Positions 35,589-48,552 of a stretch of 64,000 nucleotides of DNA are shown one piece after another; position 1 is the first letter of the stretch, and the number at the start of each line of letters is the position of its first letter. The stretch comes from Proteromonas lacertae (lineage: Eukaryota): NCBI GenBank assembly GCA_002245135.1, contig NGBS01000016.1, positions 1 through 64,000 on the forward strand. Reading direction: 5' to 3'. The notes under the pieces are model-generated. The model was not told where the DNA came from and made no database searches. It worked only from the letters and a program-made list of their open reading frames with translations. The position numbers were made by a program, and so were the translations under genes.

Positions 35589-37703
35589 ATGATAATAAAA
35601 GTGAATAAGCGCATAAGAGAAGAGGGGTATATTTTATATTTATTTTTATGATAGATTATGTCGAAAATTGGTAGAAAGTGGTTTTGGTGATATAGAAGTG
35701 AAGATTAGAGATAATCGAATAATGTCAATCAAATCAATTTTAGTGAATGGAAATGAAACATTAAAGAAACTGTTGTTAGATCGTGAGTTTGTTGGAGTTT
35801 TGGAGTTATATGAAGAAATCGAAGAAATTGGCTATTATGAGATGGAGAAATACTACAGTGGTGGTGAATTAATAATCTGTAAAGAGAGTGTATGTGAAGT
35901 GTTGATGTTTTGTTTATGTTATAGTGAAAAAGAGATAATAAATGATTGTTATGAATTTGTGAAGAATAATATAGATGATGAAGTATTAATGAAATTAATT
36001 CATATATGTAATGTATTTGGTGGATGTTTGAGAGAGATAGAAGACTTGAAAAATATGGAAATAGAAAAGCGAGGATATAAATATTTATATAATAATGAAT
36101 ATTTGTTGAGATTAGAAATGAATAATTTGATCGAGATATTAAACATGAAAGATGTGATAATAGTGAATGAGTTATGGTTATTAAATCGGTTATTGGAATG
36201 GTATAAATTCCAAAAGAATAAGAAAGATAATAAAGAGATAGAAGATGATTTTAAACAATTGATAGAAGAAGATATCGATTGTGAAAAGATAAAAGAGAAA
36301 GAGATAGAAAAAGAGAATAAAGAAATGTTGAAAGAAATGAAAATAGAGTTAAAGAAAAATGAGTGTAAAAATCATATAGAATTATGTTTAATAAAAGATG
36401 AGAGAATTCAAATTGTAATAATCAACAATTACAATGAAGATAATGAAGAAGAATTTAAAGAAGAAGAAAGAAGAATATTGGATAAAATGAAAGAAGAAGA
36501 ATCGAATGATGAAATACTGTGTATATTAGAAATGAATAACATAAAAATGACCGAAATAGTATTGATGATAATGAAATATAAAAATATAAAAATAGAAAGT
36601 ATAAATACTAAAAATATATTTAAATAGAATATATCTCAAATACAGAAAAGAGAAATATATTGGATAGATTATATAAAGAATATAATGAGAATAAAAGAAA
36701 TCGAACAATGAAATGTTTATGTTTGTTTGTTGATGATAAAAAGAATATTTCAATAATAGAAGAAGTATGTGGAAAAGAAATTCTTTTTAGAATATTGAAT
36801 GAAGATAATTATCTAAATTCCAAATCGAAAGAAATATTAATAGAATATATAAAAGAGAATAAACTGAGTTTCGAAGAAGAAGAAGAAATGATTGTAATAA
36901 TGAAAGATAAAGAATTATTGAGTGAATTAAAAACAAAAGAAATCACATCATTTTCATATCCTCAATCAGAATATTCATTTGGAATAAATGAAGAAATGTC
37001 AATAATTCCTTCATTTGATGGAAATCGATGTGAATTTTCAATAAATCCTTTATTGCCAGATGGTTTAATGATAGAAAAAGAAAATGGAATAATTAATGGA
37101 AAAGTGAATAATGGGTATGAAAAGAAAGGATATGAAATAAGTTGTAAGAATATTCTAAATGAAAAGAAATTCAAAATATCATTAGAATTTCAGGTTAAAT
37201 TCACAGAATTAAACAAAAATCATGATATTTTAATATCAAATAATGGAGAATTAATAACAAATACATATTATGGTTATAACCATTGTTATTTAAATTTGAA
37301 AATGGAAAATGGAGTTTATCATATCAAATATAAATTTCATCAAAATGGAAGTAAATATGATAGTATGATGTTAGGATTATCAACTAATAATACATATTCT
37401 GGTAATTATATTCATAATCAATCAACAACATGTAATTATTATGCATATTATGGTAAAAGTATAGATATTACTCCATATTGTCATATTGGAAGAGTTGTTA
37501 ATGAAAATCCAATTTTCAATAATCATGGAGATGGTTCAATATATGAAGTGATTGTTGATATGAATAAAAGAGAATTTTGGATAAGTCATAATAATTCATC
37601 TCCTATTTTACTTGTTAAAGATTTACCTTCTCCATTATATTCATTTGCTGTATTATATGATCAAAACACTTCAGTTAAATTATTATCAGTTTCTCATCAA
37701 TAA
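35589..37703 (+). CDS. BTB/BACK-like region + putative Ig (He_PIG-like) module + SPRY-like domain protein
   Basis: FGDIEVKI (BTB start) and BACK-like NELWLLNRLLEW; FSINPLLPDGLMIEKENGIING; C-terminal beta-rich region with GSIYEVIVDMNKREFWISHN...LPSPLY. Two introns. Confidence 0.65.
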
Positions 37704-38653
37704 AGATAGATAATAAGAATTTTTATAACATTTACATTCTTTATAATGTGTTCCTATTTGTAAATATTCAAAAGTTAAAGACAGGGTTGTATAAATAGGC
37801 AACTTATTTGTTAAAATTTTACTTCTCTAACATACAGCAATTGAATAAAATCACAACTCTTTTGATGCGATAGGGGGTAATGTGATATGCCTATGGTATA
37901 ATATAATATAAAGTCTTATAAATATTGAGTAATTATACATTTAAATGATCTAAATCTTAAAAAATAAAGATTAACTTAGTCAAACCATCAAGCTTGATGT
38001 TTTTTTCTTTTTTCTTTTTTATTCTATAATTAATTTAATATTATGTTAATAATATGTTATTGTGAATCATCATTGAGAAATAGATCAAAAAAATAGTAAT
38101 ATAAAAAGTGCATCTACCGACAGTCAAATTTGATATTTGAAAGATGATGTATAAAGCTTTAATTTTTATATTTATGGTTAGATAATATGCTTGTTAACTC
38201 ATGATCAATAGGTCAACTAATAGTTAGTATAAGGAAGGTAAAGGTCAAGCTAAAGATATAAGTTTTGACCTATAGGTAAAGCTATATTTTTTGACCAAAA
38301 AATACAACACTGGTTAAAGATAATATAAAAATTGTTTAAAATCAAAATAAAAGTGATGTGATTAAATTTATCTTGTATAATTGACATTGTGATAGTATAA
38401 TGAAAAGTGTTGATAAGAATAGAGTGAAAATGAAGAAGAAATTCCAACAAATGACATTTTTTGTGTATTAGAGGTGTTTGATGCTATTTATCATGTGTTT
38501 GTTAATCAATATCCTATTCAGTTAATAGAAATGTTGATTTATGATGATAATTAAACTCACATCAAAAGATAATACAGAATTTAGCTCTTCATTTATAAGA
38601 CATATTAAGAAATTGTAAAATATCAATTATGTATTATATAGAATAAAAAATTA

Positions 38654-41600
38654 TTATTTAATATTATAGAACTCTTTTGATAATTCTTTCTTTTCTTCTT
38701 CTGATATTCCATCTATTTTTATCCATCCAATTGTTGAAAATGTTTCTAAAAATGATTTTAATTCTGATTTGTCTATATCATCTTTTACAGTTATTGATAA
38801 CTCTATTAAACAATCAAACACTTCTTGATTTTCTTTCATTAATCTCAATTCTTCTTCACTTAATTCATTTCCTGATAGATATATCTCATTTACCATTTCA
38901 CCATAACCTTTTAATCCTTCTATTAACATTCTTAACCCTTTTTCACCCATTCCAATGTCTATTCAAATACACAATTACATTATAATCATTATATACTTGA
39001 CATGTTCAATATTAGATTAGATTTTTCATCTATATAATCTGTTTTAACAAATATCTCTAAATTTTCACATATTATTTCAATCCTTTCATCTCCAATTTCA
39101 TTATTAAATATGGAAATGTGAGTTACACGAATTGGTTCTAATTCAGTCAATTCTTTAAATCCTTTAATACTAATGTGATTATTGGATAAATCAAGTTTTT
39201 CGTAATCAATTCTTTTAATAAATGAAATATAAGAATCATTAATATTCATATCTATTTTACTATATACTAATGTTCATACTTGAAAAATCAAATACTTTTG
39301 TATAATACATTCTTCCTCTTTTTTCTATATAATAATCCAAATAATATTTCAATTCTCATTTTCTCCATAATATCCATCCCAGTAATCATATTTCAATGAT
39401 TTTGAACAAATTGATTGTAATCCTTCCATCTTAATATTATTATCATTTAAATTTATCTCAAAACATCTTCTAACTGCATCTAATTCTTTTGCTAATAATA
39501 TTATGCTTTCATCACCAATTGAGGTATTACTCAAATTCAAATCATCAAAATTTGTAATCAAATTCAAATTATCATACAATAATTTAAATCCATTATCACC
39601 AATTGGATTATCTATTAAACAATAATTATTATTAATTATAACAATGAATATATACTATGAATAAATACCTTCTCTAAATTATCATTATCTTTCATATAAT
39701 TCATCAAACACTCTATTCCATCTTCATCTATATTATTATCACTTATATCAAGATATTCTATCTTTTGATGAATATTCTTTAAACCATCCACTAGATATTT
39801 TAAGCCATTTGAAGATAATCCCATCTCTATAATACCATAAAATAACATAACTATACGTGAATAACTTGAAAAATCACATTGTAATAAATCTAAATGAGGA
39901 GTTAATATTTTCATTCCTTCATCTCCTATCTCATTTCCACATAAATAAATTGTTTTAAGATTTGATAATGAAGATAAATTGTTAATCAGTATTTCTACAC
40001 TTTTGTATGTAAGTATATTATCTAAATAACAGAAAAATATCAAATTATACTTCTCAAATCGAACTCTTCTACTTCTCCTAATTCATTTAATCTTAAAACA
40101 ATAAATGATTTGAATATATCATCATCAATTTTTGAATTATTCAGATTTAAGAAATTATAATCATTTTTGATATATTTGATTAACTCTGGAATATCTTTAT
40201 CAATCAATAATTCTTTACTTCCATTGAAATCAAACTCTATGCTTGAAATAGGAATTTTTGAGAATAAAGCTTTTAGTCCTTTAAAATGGATATTTTTGTT
40301 TTCTTTAATTGTTATTTTCTCAATATTTGGATATTTGTATAATTCTTCTGATAATAATATCATTGATTCATTGTTTAAATTCATTCCTTGGAGGTTTAAT
40401 TCATTGTCTTTGTTGATTAATAAATGTAAATACGGAAGTAAAAATTTGAAACTTTTTGAAGATTGTTTTTTCACTATTTCAAAATAAATAAGTTAAAACA
40501 ATAAATACTATCAAGTTTTACATATTTCAACTTCATGAATGGAATAGATTTCACAAATGATTCAATAAAATATGAAGTAAGATTACATTCTGTTATATCC
40601 AATCCTTCCAGATCTGATAATTGCGAAAAAAGAGATCCAAATAAAGATTGATGAAGAAAAATACAAAATTTATCACCTAATTGAAAATAGATTAAAAATA
40701 TATATACCAATTTGAATTTCTGTTGGATTAATTAATTTCATCATTCTGAAGAAATAATTCATTCCTTCTTCACAATAATGACATATATTAAATGTGCTTA
40801 TATGGATTAGATATTTGTTATAAACATCACCTTGAATGTCAAATATCATTCTATCTAAATAATTATCTTCTATTCTACATTTGTGATTAATTTGAAATTT
40901 CAGTTTATCTTTTATTGAGTAATCTCCTTTGTATATTTTCATCATTAATAATATTGATAGTATTCTTTCATTTGGTTTATTATTGTATAATTCTATCAAA
41001 ACATCTCGAATTACTTCCCATTTATTATATTGAACAAAATAATCTGCTTTAATATTAAATGATGATATTTCTATAAAATAATCATTATTAAATAACGTTT
41101 CTTTTCTATTATTTATAATTAAATAATTATCACCATCTCTTAATATTTCACTCATTTTCATCATTTCTTTTCTCACTTCTTTCAAACTCAATCTATCTTC
41201 ACTCTTCACTTTCAACATTTTTTCAATTATTTCCTTCACTAAATTATCACATTCTACATCAAAACTGTATATACATCTCAGGATGTAGTTCATTGTCTTG
41301 AACATATCATTATCTTCATTAAATGGTAATTTCTTGTTTATCATTTCATATAATATACAACCTATTGACCAAATCACACTTCTCTCATTACATTCTAAGC
41401 TATTCAACTCTTCTGGGCTTTTGTAACATATATTATATATTCTCATATCTTCTTCTTTTCTTAATTCATTCAGAAATAAATCACATAACTTTATATCACC
41501 ATCTTTTTCGTATATTATGTTTGAACTCTTAATATTTCCCACCACTAAGCCAATTTCACTTAATATCATCAAATTACTGCTTATACTGTAGATTATATTA

Positions 41601-41979
41601 CATATATCATCTTTTGACATGGATTTATTGTTTATCTTCTCTTCTAAGTCTCTAGAGTAATATTCTCTTTCCAATACCATAAATTCATTACATTCACTAA
41701 TATGAACTGTCTCAAAAAAGTAAATAAAACTCAAACAATAATTTGACAATAACGAGTTCTTCTCCAAGAATTTTAACATCTTCTTTTCTTCCAGCCCAAT
41801 GATACCTAGTATTTTTATTATCTTGATATTATCATTATGCTGTACTACTAAATCTACTTCATAATCACTCTTTTCTACTCTCTCTTTTATCTATAAAAAT
41901 AATATAGTTAAAATACTTTAGTATTAGGTGGTAACACAGAAGATAATTCATCATTCACAAAAGATTTTAAAAAATACAT
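38654..41979 (-). CDS. Predicted pseudokinase fused to ribonuclease-inhibitor-type leucine-rich repeats (about seven introns)
   Basis: Kinase fold with VGNIKSSNI replacing HRDLK, CDLF replacing DFG, YKSPEE and WSIGCILYEM. Downstream exons carry LxxLxLxxNxIGDEG repeats. Confidence 0.75.
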
Positions 41980-42169
41980 TTTCAAACTTGTTTGATGTTC
42001 CAAAATATAGAGTCGTTACAAATAAGACTAAAATGTGTTTCTGCTCTTTAATTCAAGAATAATTGCAAACAGAATATTCAATTATTTATCAATGTACGTC
42101 ATTCAATAAACAAAAACATTTAAATATAAAATATAGAATATTTACATATCAATTATTTTCACTTCCAAA

Positions 42170-43397
42170 TCAACTTAAACGAGCAGATTTTATTCTATCA
42201 AAAAATATATTAACAACATATATATATGAATATATCATACGGTGAAACAGTTGGTAACTTTTTATTATTTCTTTTTCGACCTTTAGCACTACTTATTTTT
42301 CGAGGATTATTAACTCGAGTATTGAATGATTTCGTTATAAAGGAACTATCAGTATTATAATATCCAGGACCAGGAGCGACATCTTCATATATTGAGACTT
42401 TACTAAGTGTTGTTTTCTGTTCTATCCCACCTTTTAAAAATCCATCTCTTCCCCAATATTTACTCTTTTTTACTGTCTAAATAAATAAATAAATAATAAT
42501 ATACTGGTTGATTCGGTCCTATCTTATATTCACCATAATTACGCATTACTTTTGAACTACTTTCACTTATATCATATACAGGTCCAGGACTAAAATGACA
42601 TTTATTTTCTCGACTATTTTGAATATATTTATTATTTATTATTTATTATTCATTATATTTATATACGTATGTTTCCATGATATATGTTGTAGTCTAGGAG
42701 GACGTAATGGATCTACATCTAATAATTTCTTTGTTGGTTCATTAAATCTACTTTGATTATCAAATATTGAAGCTGTTTCTGCATATACTTCAGGTTGCTT
42801 TGGATCATAAGCACCAGCACCTTTCTCATTGAGCCTTTCTCCTTTTGATAAATATCCACGATATTCACAATAGTCAAACCATTGATTTCTTGTGTCTAAT
42901 TCAGGTTTATTTCTGGCTGTTACAAATGAATGTTCAATACCTTTATCCAAGTGTTTTCCATCATATTTTGGACCTGGTGTATATCTAGACAGCCATTCCT
43001 TTTCATGACCTTTATCTATATATCTTTCATCTACTCTTTGTCCTTTATCGAGAATTGTTGAAGGAGGATTTGGTCTTGTGACACTCATACTTGGTTGGTA
43101 TTTTGAAAGAGGAGGTGCATCATTATTTACAGGCAAGTATTCCGCACTTCCTTCTCCATACACACTAAAATCACTTAACTATAGAAAACTAATTATTAGT
43201 TCAAAATACCCATTTTTCTCTTTCTTCATGATGATGATCATAATTATTGGGTTTATATGTACATAGAGCAGTTGGATCAAATGAGGCCATACGATTAATC
43301 TATCAAATTATCTATTTAAAAATACATCATATCTCGCTGGTCCAGGAGAAAAGTGTTCTACTTCAGTAAACCTGTCACTATATCCAATAATAGACAT
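42170..43397 (-). CDS. SHIPPO/PG-rich repeat protein (ODF3-like, axonemal microtubule-binding family)
   Basis: Repeated SPGPARY, TPGPKY, GAGAY, SPGPVY and APGPGYY motifs across five introns. Confidence 0.7.
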
Positions 43398-43514
43398 TTT
43401 CTCAAAAACTGAAAGCTTGTGGTTTGCTTGTCAAATGGTTTGTTTGAGTAAAAGTTTGATTAAAGCTTGTCTTTATTACAGTTTGAATTTCTATTTTTCA
43501 AATTGAGAAGAAAG

Positions 43515-43898
43515 ATGTCGAAACCAGAACCAAGCAAACCTGGTATGATTGCTGTAAACAAAACAAAAAGCAATTATTCTATCAAAAAAGATCCAACTGT
43601 CACTCAAACCTGGCATCCACTTTCTAGAGGCAGTGGATCAATTACTGATGCATCAAAAGCAGCTAGTCAAATTCTATTAAATAGAAATACATCAAAAATT
43701 GCAAAACCTAAAACAGAAATACCTATTTTGAAGAAAGAACCTAAACCAGTTCTCAAAAAAACAGTAGAAGTGAGAAAAACAAATATAGACGAATTATCAA
43801 ATATATTAAATGATGTTATTGATAATCAAAATATGTTGAATAGAAATTTGAAAAGAACCACTAAAAATGTTCATGATTATATACCTCATATGAAATGA
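43515..43898 (+). CDS. Small basic hypothetical protein (3' end uncertain)
   Basis: Open frame from ATG 43515, divergent from the SHIPPO gene. No recognisable domain. Confidence 0.5.
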   Translation: MSKPEPSKPGMIAVNKTKSNYSIKKDPTVTQTWHPLSRGSGSITDASKAASQILLNRNTSKIAKPKTEIPILKKEPKPVLKKTVEVRKTNIDELSNILNDVIDNQNMLNRNLKRTTKNVHDYIPHMK

Positions 43899-44105
43899 CT
43901 AACATAATGCATATGTGTTGAGAACAAGAAATAAAGAAAATGAAGATTAAAAGAGAAAGATGAAAGTGTATATAGATGATGAAAGTGATATTATCAGAAA
44001 ATTACCCCCCCCAAATAGAATAATAATATATATGTAATATTATATTTAATAAATAGAAATCTTAATAATAATTAACAATATCACTATATATATTTATTCA
44101 ATTTA

Positions 44106-45905
44106 TTAATGATGTTTTCTATTGGATATAGGATTCCATAATTTAGCCGTTTCTTTCATAGTGACATGTTTATTCAATGCCTTACATATTTCATCATAAG
44201 TTGGCAAACCAAATGGTACTGATGATAAATTATTCATTCCATTCACACTATTATAGTCATCGTCAGGTAATATTAACGACCTTGCAGCTGTATGTGCAAA
44301 CGGCTTCTTAGATGGAAGATTTGCAGATTTCCAATATCCTTCATGCTGTGTATCTATCATTGTAGTGGTAATAGGGATATAGGGTTTATTAAATATAAAT
44401 TTAGACTAAAAAATAAGAAATAATACTTTATAATATATACTTTTCTTGCAGATGAGGCTAATCTTGCACTTTGAGCTTTTGGACTGAGTGGTGGTTTGGG
44501 AGTCAAATTATTAGTATCTTTTTTAATAGGTGAAGTAGGAACAGAACGAGAAAAAGTCACTAATTTATCATTATTCAAATTCAATGGAGGTAATTTAACT
44601 CTTTCAGGCGAAGTATCATTCATTGTTTCTGTATTATTATTATTATTATTAGTAGTAGTTGCATTTTTATTTGTAGGAGAATGTATTGGTGAATTATTAT
44701 CAACGATATTACCATTATTGTCAAATTCATAATCTAATTGAATTTTACCTTCTTTATGTAATTTCTGTACAAATGACATGTCAACTGAGTTCTTTAAAGG
44801 ACAACATAATTCAATTCTGCTTTGAATGAAGTGCTGTCTTTCATCCCATATTGATTGTATTTTATTAATTGTCTCTGTACCTTTTGAGAGATTATTCAAC
44901 CTCTTAAAGCTGTGATCCCGAATAATAAATAATTTCACAGCAGTTTGAGCTATAACTGAATAATTTCTTAATGTCTCACAAGATAATATCGAGCCTTCAC
45001 CTATAACATTATACATTCCAATTAATGACAAATCTATATCATTTCCTTCATGAACTGACTCTTTAGGACTTTTACACACTAATTTACAATCTCCTTCCTT
45101 AATTAAACCTATATATTTACCTTTTGTACCTTCTTTAATGATAATTGCACCTCTTGGAAACTCGAGTTCTTCAAGCCAATAAGCTAAATGGTTCCATCTA
45201 TTATTACCCCAGTCACTGAATACATCAACATGTGGTAAAAACTTCAATTTTTCTTCAAAATCTAAACTTGAATTTTGATACTTTTTTACTGTTCTATCAT
45301 ACAACGGTTTATTGATCATTATTAACTCAGTATATTGTGATGCAACTGCTGAAGCTGTTCTGAACTGTTTTGGAAGTTAATAATGCGATTTCTCCAAAGG
45401 TATTTCCAGCTGAAAGTGATGTTAAAAGTTTTGATTTTATTACTGTTGCTCCAAGTTGTTTTGATGGAGCTTCTGGATCTGTATTTGCTTCTTTCTTTAT
45501 TCCGTCTAATTCTTGTCGTATTTTACCATCTACATAATGCATATGCAAATCTCTATTGATTTTGTTCATATCAGCATCATAAATATCTACACTTCCCATT
45601 AATATCACATAATATGATACACCTGTTTCGGATTGTAGGAATATTAATTCTGATGTATCATAACTTTGCAGCGTTACATATTGAGCAACATCCCACAACA
45701 CTGTTATTGGCATCTTTTCAAATATTCTACGACTTGGACGAACGTTGACATGTTCAACATCAAGTAACCACCTCGCTATAACTTTACATTCTGATTCATA
45801 TCTTTTTCCTGGAGGATGATATCTTATTATATTGCTAATCTTTTTTTCCATTGTGGAATCATCATCTGTTAAAAATTCAGATTGGCCTTCACGAGGACTT
45901 GTCAT
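44106..45905 (-). CDS. Protein with two cyclic-nucleotide-binding domains (1-nt indel near 45360; intron about 44402-44440)
   Basis: IFLQSETGVSYYVILMGSV...GNTFGEIALL...RTASAVA, and IIKEG...IKEG...IGEGSIL...RNYSVIA. Confidence 0.8.
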
Positions 45906-46016
45906 TTTTTATCAAAAAAACTGTTTCTTTTATCGAAAAATTATTTTTCAATAACCCAATTCACACAAAACGAACAAATATTTTAAAACAAATAAAAACA
46001 GAATGAATAATTACTT

Positions 46017-47158
46017 TTACTTTACTCTACTTTCAAGTTTATGATGATAATGATCCTACATATTAAAAAATAATTAATAACAATAATTATACAACTTTTC
46101 TAAATTTATTCACAATGTCTTCCATAGGCTCAATCGCAGGAATTGGTTCAGAGTATTTAATAAGAACATCAGAGAGAGAAGCAATATAATATATTCCCAT
46201 TACTACTAATGTAACTCCTAAAGGATATATACACCATTGTGTAATCTATAAGAGTATTATTAGTATATATAATGTAAATACAGTTAATCTTTGATATTCT
46301 TTAAAGAAAATAATACTCGAAATAGATCCAGTTAATATAAAACTACCTTGATATAAAGGCAAAACATGAATTGCATTGAAGTATTTCATCGCTTGATTCA
46401 ATGGGTATAACTGACCAGCAGAGACAAGAATTGCGACAAATGCAATAATATAAGATTCAAACTTTGTTAATACAGATGTATCACTTTTTATAACTAACAG
46501 TTTCAATATTTCCATAAATGTTTTTACAAAGTATTGAGATCCACCTAATGATCCACCAATTACACTATAACTGAATAGGACTCTAGTGGAATTTTTAGGT
46601 GAAAATATGATAATTAGAATCAATGAAATGAGAAATAATATGAAGAGCGAAATGAATATTATATAGAATGTGTTTCTATAAAGTAACATAAGAGTTGTAT
46701 GGTTATATTCGATATTGGATGTATCTGCACTTAAACAGATCAGTATAATTCCAAATATTATATATATTGAACCGGTTATATCATATTTTGTAACTTTTTC
46801 ATGTAACAGATGAGGACAGAGGATTATATTCCATACAATTGTTAAACCAGCAAATGGAGCAAGTAATGACTATTTGTATTGATTAAATAGGCTTTATATA
46901 ATATCTTACAGGTGATGCAAAAGCATATGATCCAATTGATAATAGAGGATTTACAACAGCAACAAGCAATATAGCAATAACAAATACAATCCAAGATCTA
47001 ATAATTGTTAAATTCTAATAATATATAAACTTTCTGATTTTGTTTTTTTCTTTATAGATATGTGTTAATCTCATCAATTGCTTGCCTACTGTGCCTGCAA
47101 ACGTATTGAAAACTGTTATTCCAATCCCAAATAAAGGTAAAAAATATTCTAAAACCAT
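46017..47158 (-). CDS. NIPA-family magnesium transporter-like membrane protein
   Basis: Multi-TM protein with SYAFASPSLLAPFAGL...LLHEK and LNQAMKYFNAIHVLPLYQ...IIFFKEY. Four introns. Confidence 0.8.
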
Positions 47159-47234
47159 TCTATCAAGAGAAATAATGAAATAACACGACTGGGGTTTTGA
47201 AAACAATTTTTAGTTGCACCAAAATATTAAAAGA

Positions 47235-48380
47235 ATGAATAATCCTGGACTGTGGGAGTTTTTAGGCACTTATTGGCTTTATTTTGCTTTTGGTACATAT
47301 GCAGCAATTATGGTGATGAAATGGGTTCCATTTATTAGCCACGAAGAAAGAGATTTTTCATTTAGTATTATTACCAACAACTCATGTTATGTCAACAATG
47401 CCTATTATAGAGAGACTATTCCAAAAGTATATGATGTGATGCTGTTTAATGGAGAACTTGATTTGCTTGAAATTCGTCTTAGATTGTTAAATGAAACAGT
47501 TGATAAGTTTATATTAGTAGAAGGTTGTATTACATTTTCAGCAAAACCAAAACCATATTATTACGAAGAGAATCAACAAAGATATTCAGCATATTCTTCA
47601 AAGTATATCATATCTTCATCTGTATAATAGAATAATGTATGTAAAAGTAGGTAAAGATATTGGTTCCTATCCATTTGAAAGAGAACACAATTCTAGAGAT
47701 ATTTATTTCCTAAAAGCATTAGATGAGATACATGCTAAGTATATATATATCATTTATATCATTATTTAGACCTGATGATTTGGTTATATTTGGTGATTTA
47801 GATGAAATGCCTCATAAGCATATAATACAATATCTTCGAGATTGTAATGTGAAGAATTACCCTGTTATGTTGGGAATGCATGAATACATATACGATTTTG
47901 GATGTAGAGATGCTGATAGTTATCGTTTAAAGGTGTTAAGAAGAAGGGATTTATCATCGAAGTGCAATTCAGATGGTTCACCTGCTCATTGTCCTACTAC
48001 ATTAAGAGGTGGAGGTATGGAGAAGAAGTATGGAAGAAAAGTGACTTATTTGAAGGATAGCGCATATCATTTTTCATATTTTATGTCTTTGGATGAAATT
48101 ATCAGAAAAATTGGTAGTTATTCACATACAGATAGAGATACACCAGAAAATAAAGACAAAAGAAAGCTAAGCTGCAAAATATGTCACTGTCAGTATATAT
48201 TATTATTCTATTCAATGTACTATATATAGACATGTTAATTTATGGAATATTGGAACAAGAAAGGATGAACCAAATGTTCGTAAAGAATATGATTTTCTTA
48301 AAGAGGACCCTAGGTTTAGAAAATACTTTCCTACAAGAAAAGAGATTGTAGACACAATATGCGTCCCAAACACTTGCTAA
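47235..48380 (+). CDS. Glycosyltransferase family 17 (MGAT3/GnT-III-like)
   Basis: N-terminal TM anchor; VYDVMLFNGELDLLEIRL...VDKFILVE...TFSAKPKP; DDLVIFGDLDEMP; YHFSYF...KIGSYSH. Three introns. Confidence 0.85.
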
Positions 48381-48552
48381 TTTTCAATATTATTTATTCT
48401 CTCTTTTACTTTTTAATATATTGCTATTATGGCTTTTACACATTACATATTACAGATAAGCATGAAATAACATCACTACAGGCTGCACATATAGCTCAAT
48501 ATGATAAAATACATCAATAATTTTGTAACGATTTTTACTAAAATTTTATAGA

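Noticed and set aside
37704..38653. Long intergenic region with a short inverted repeat (AGGTCAA...TTGACCT near 38242-38271) as an ncRNA or MITE
   Set aside because: The stem is only about 7-10 bp in AT-rich DNA, with no terminal repeats, target-site duplication or RNA family motif.
46215..46232. ATATCCTTT (U12 donor consensus) on the minus strand in the NIPA gene
   Set aside because: It lies within a continuous coding TM segment (WCIYPLGVTLVVMG) with no need for splicing and no clear downstream branch site. Chance match.
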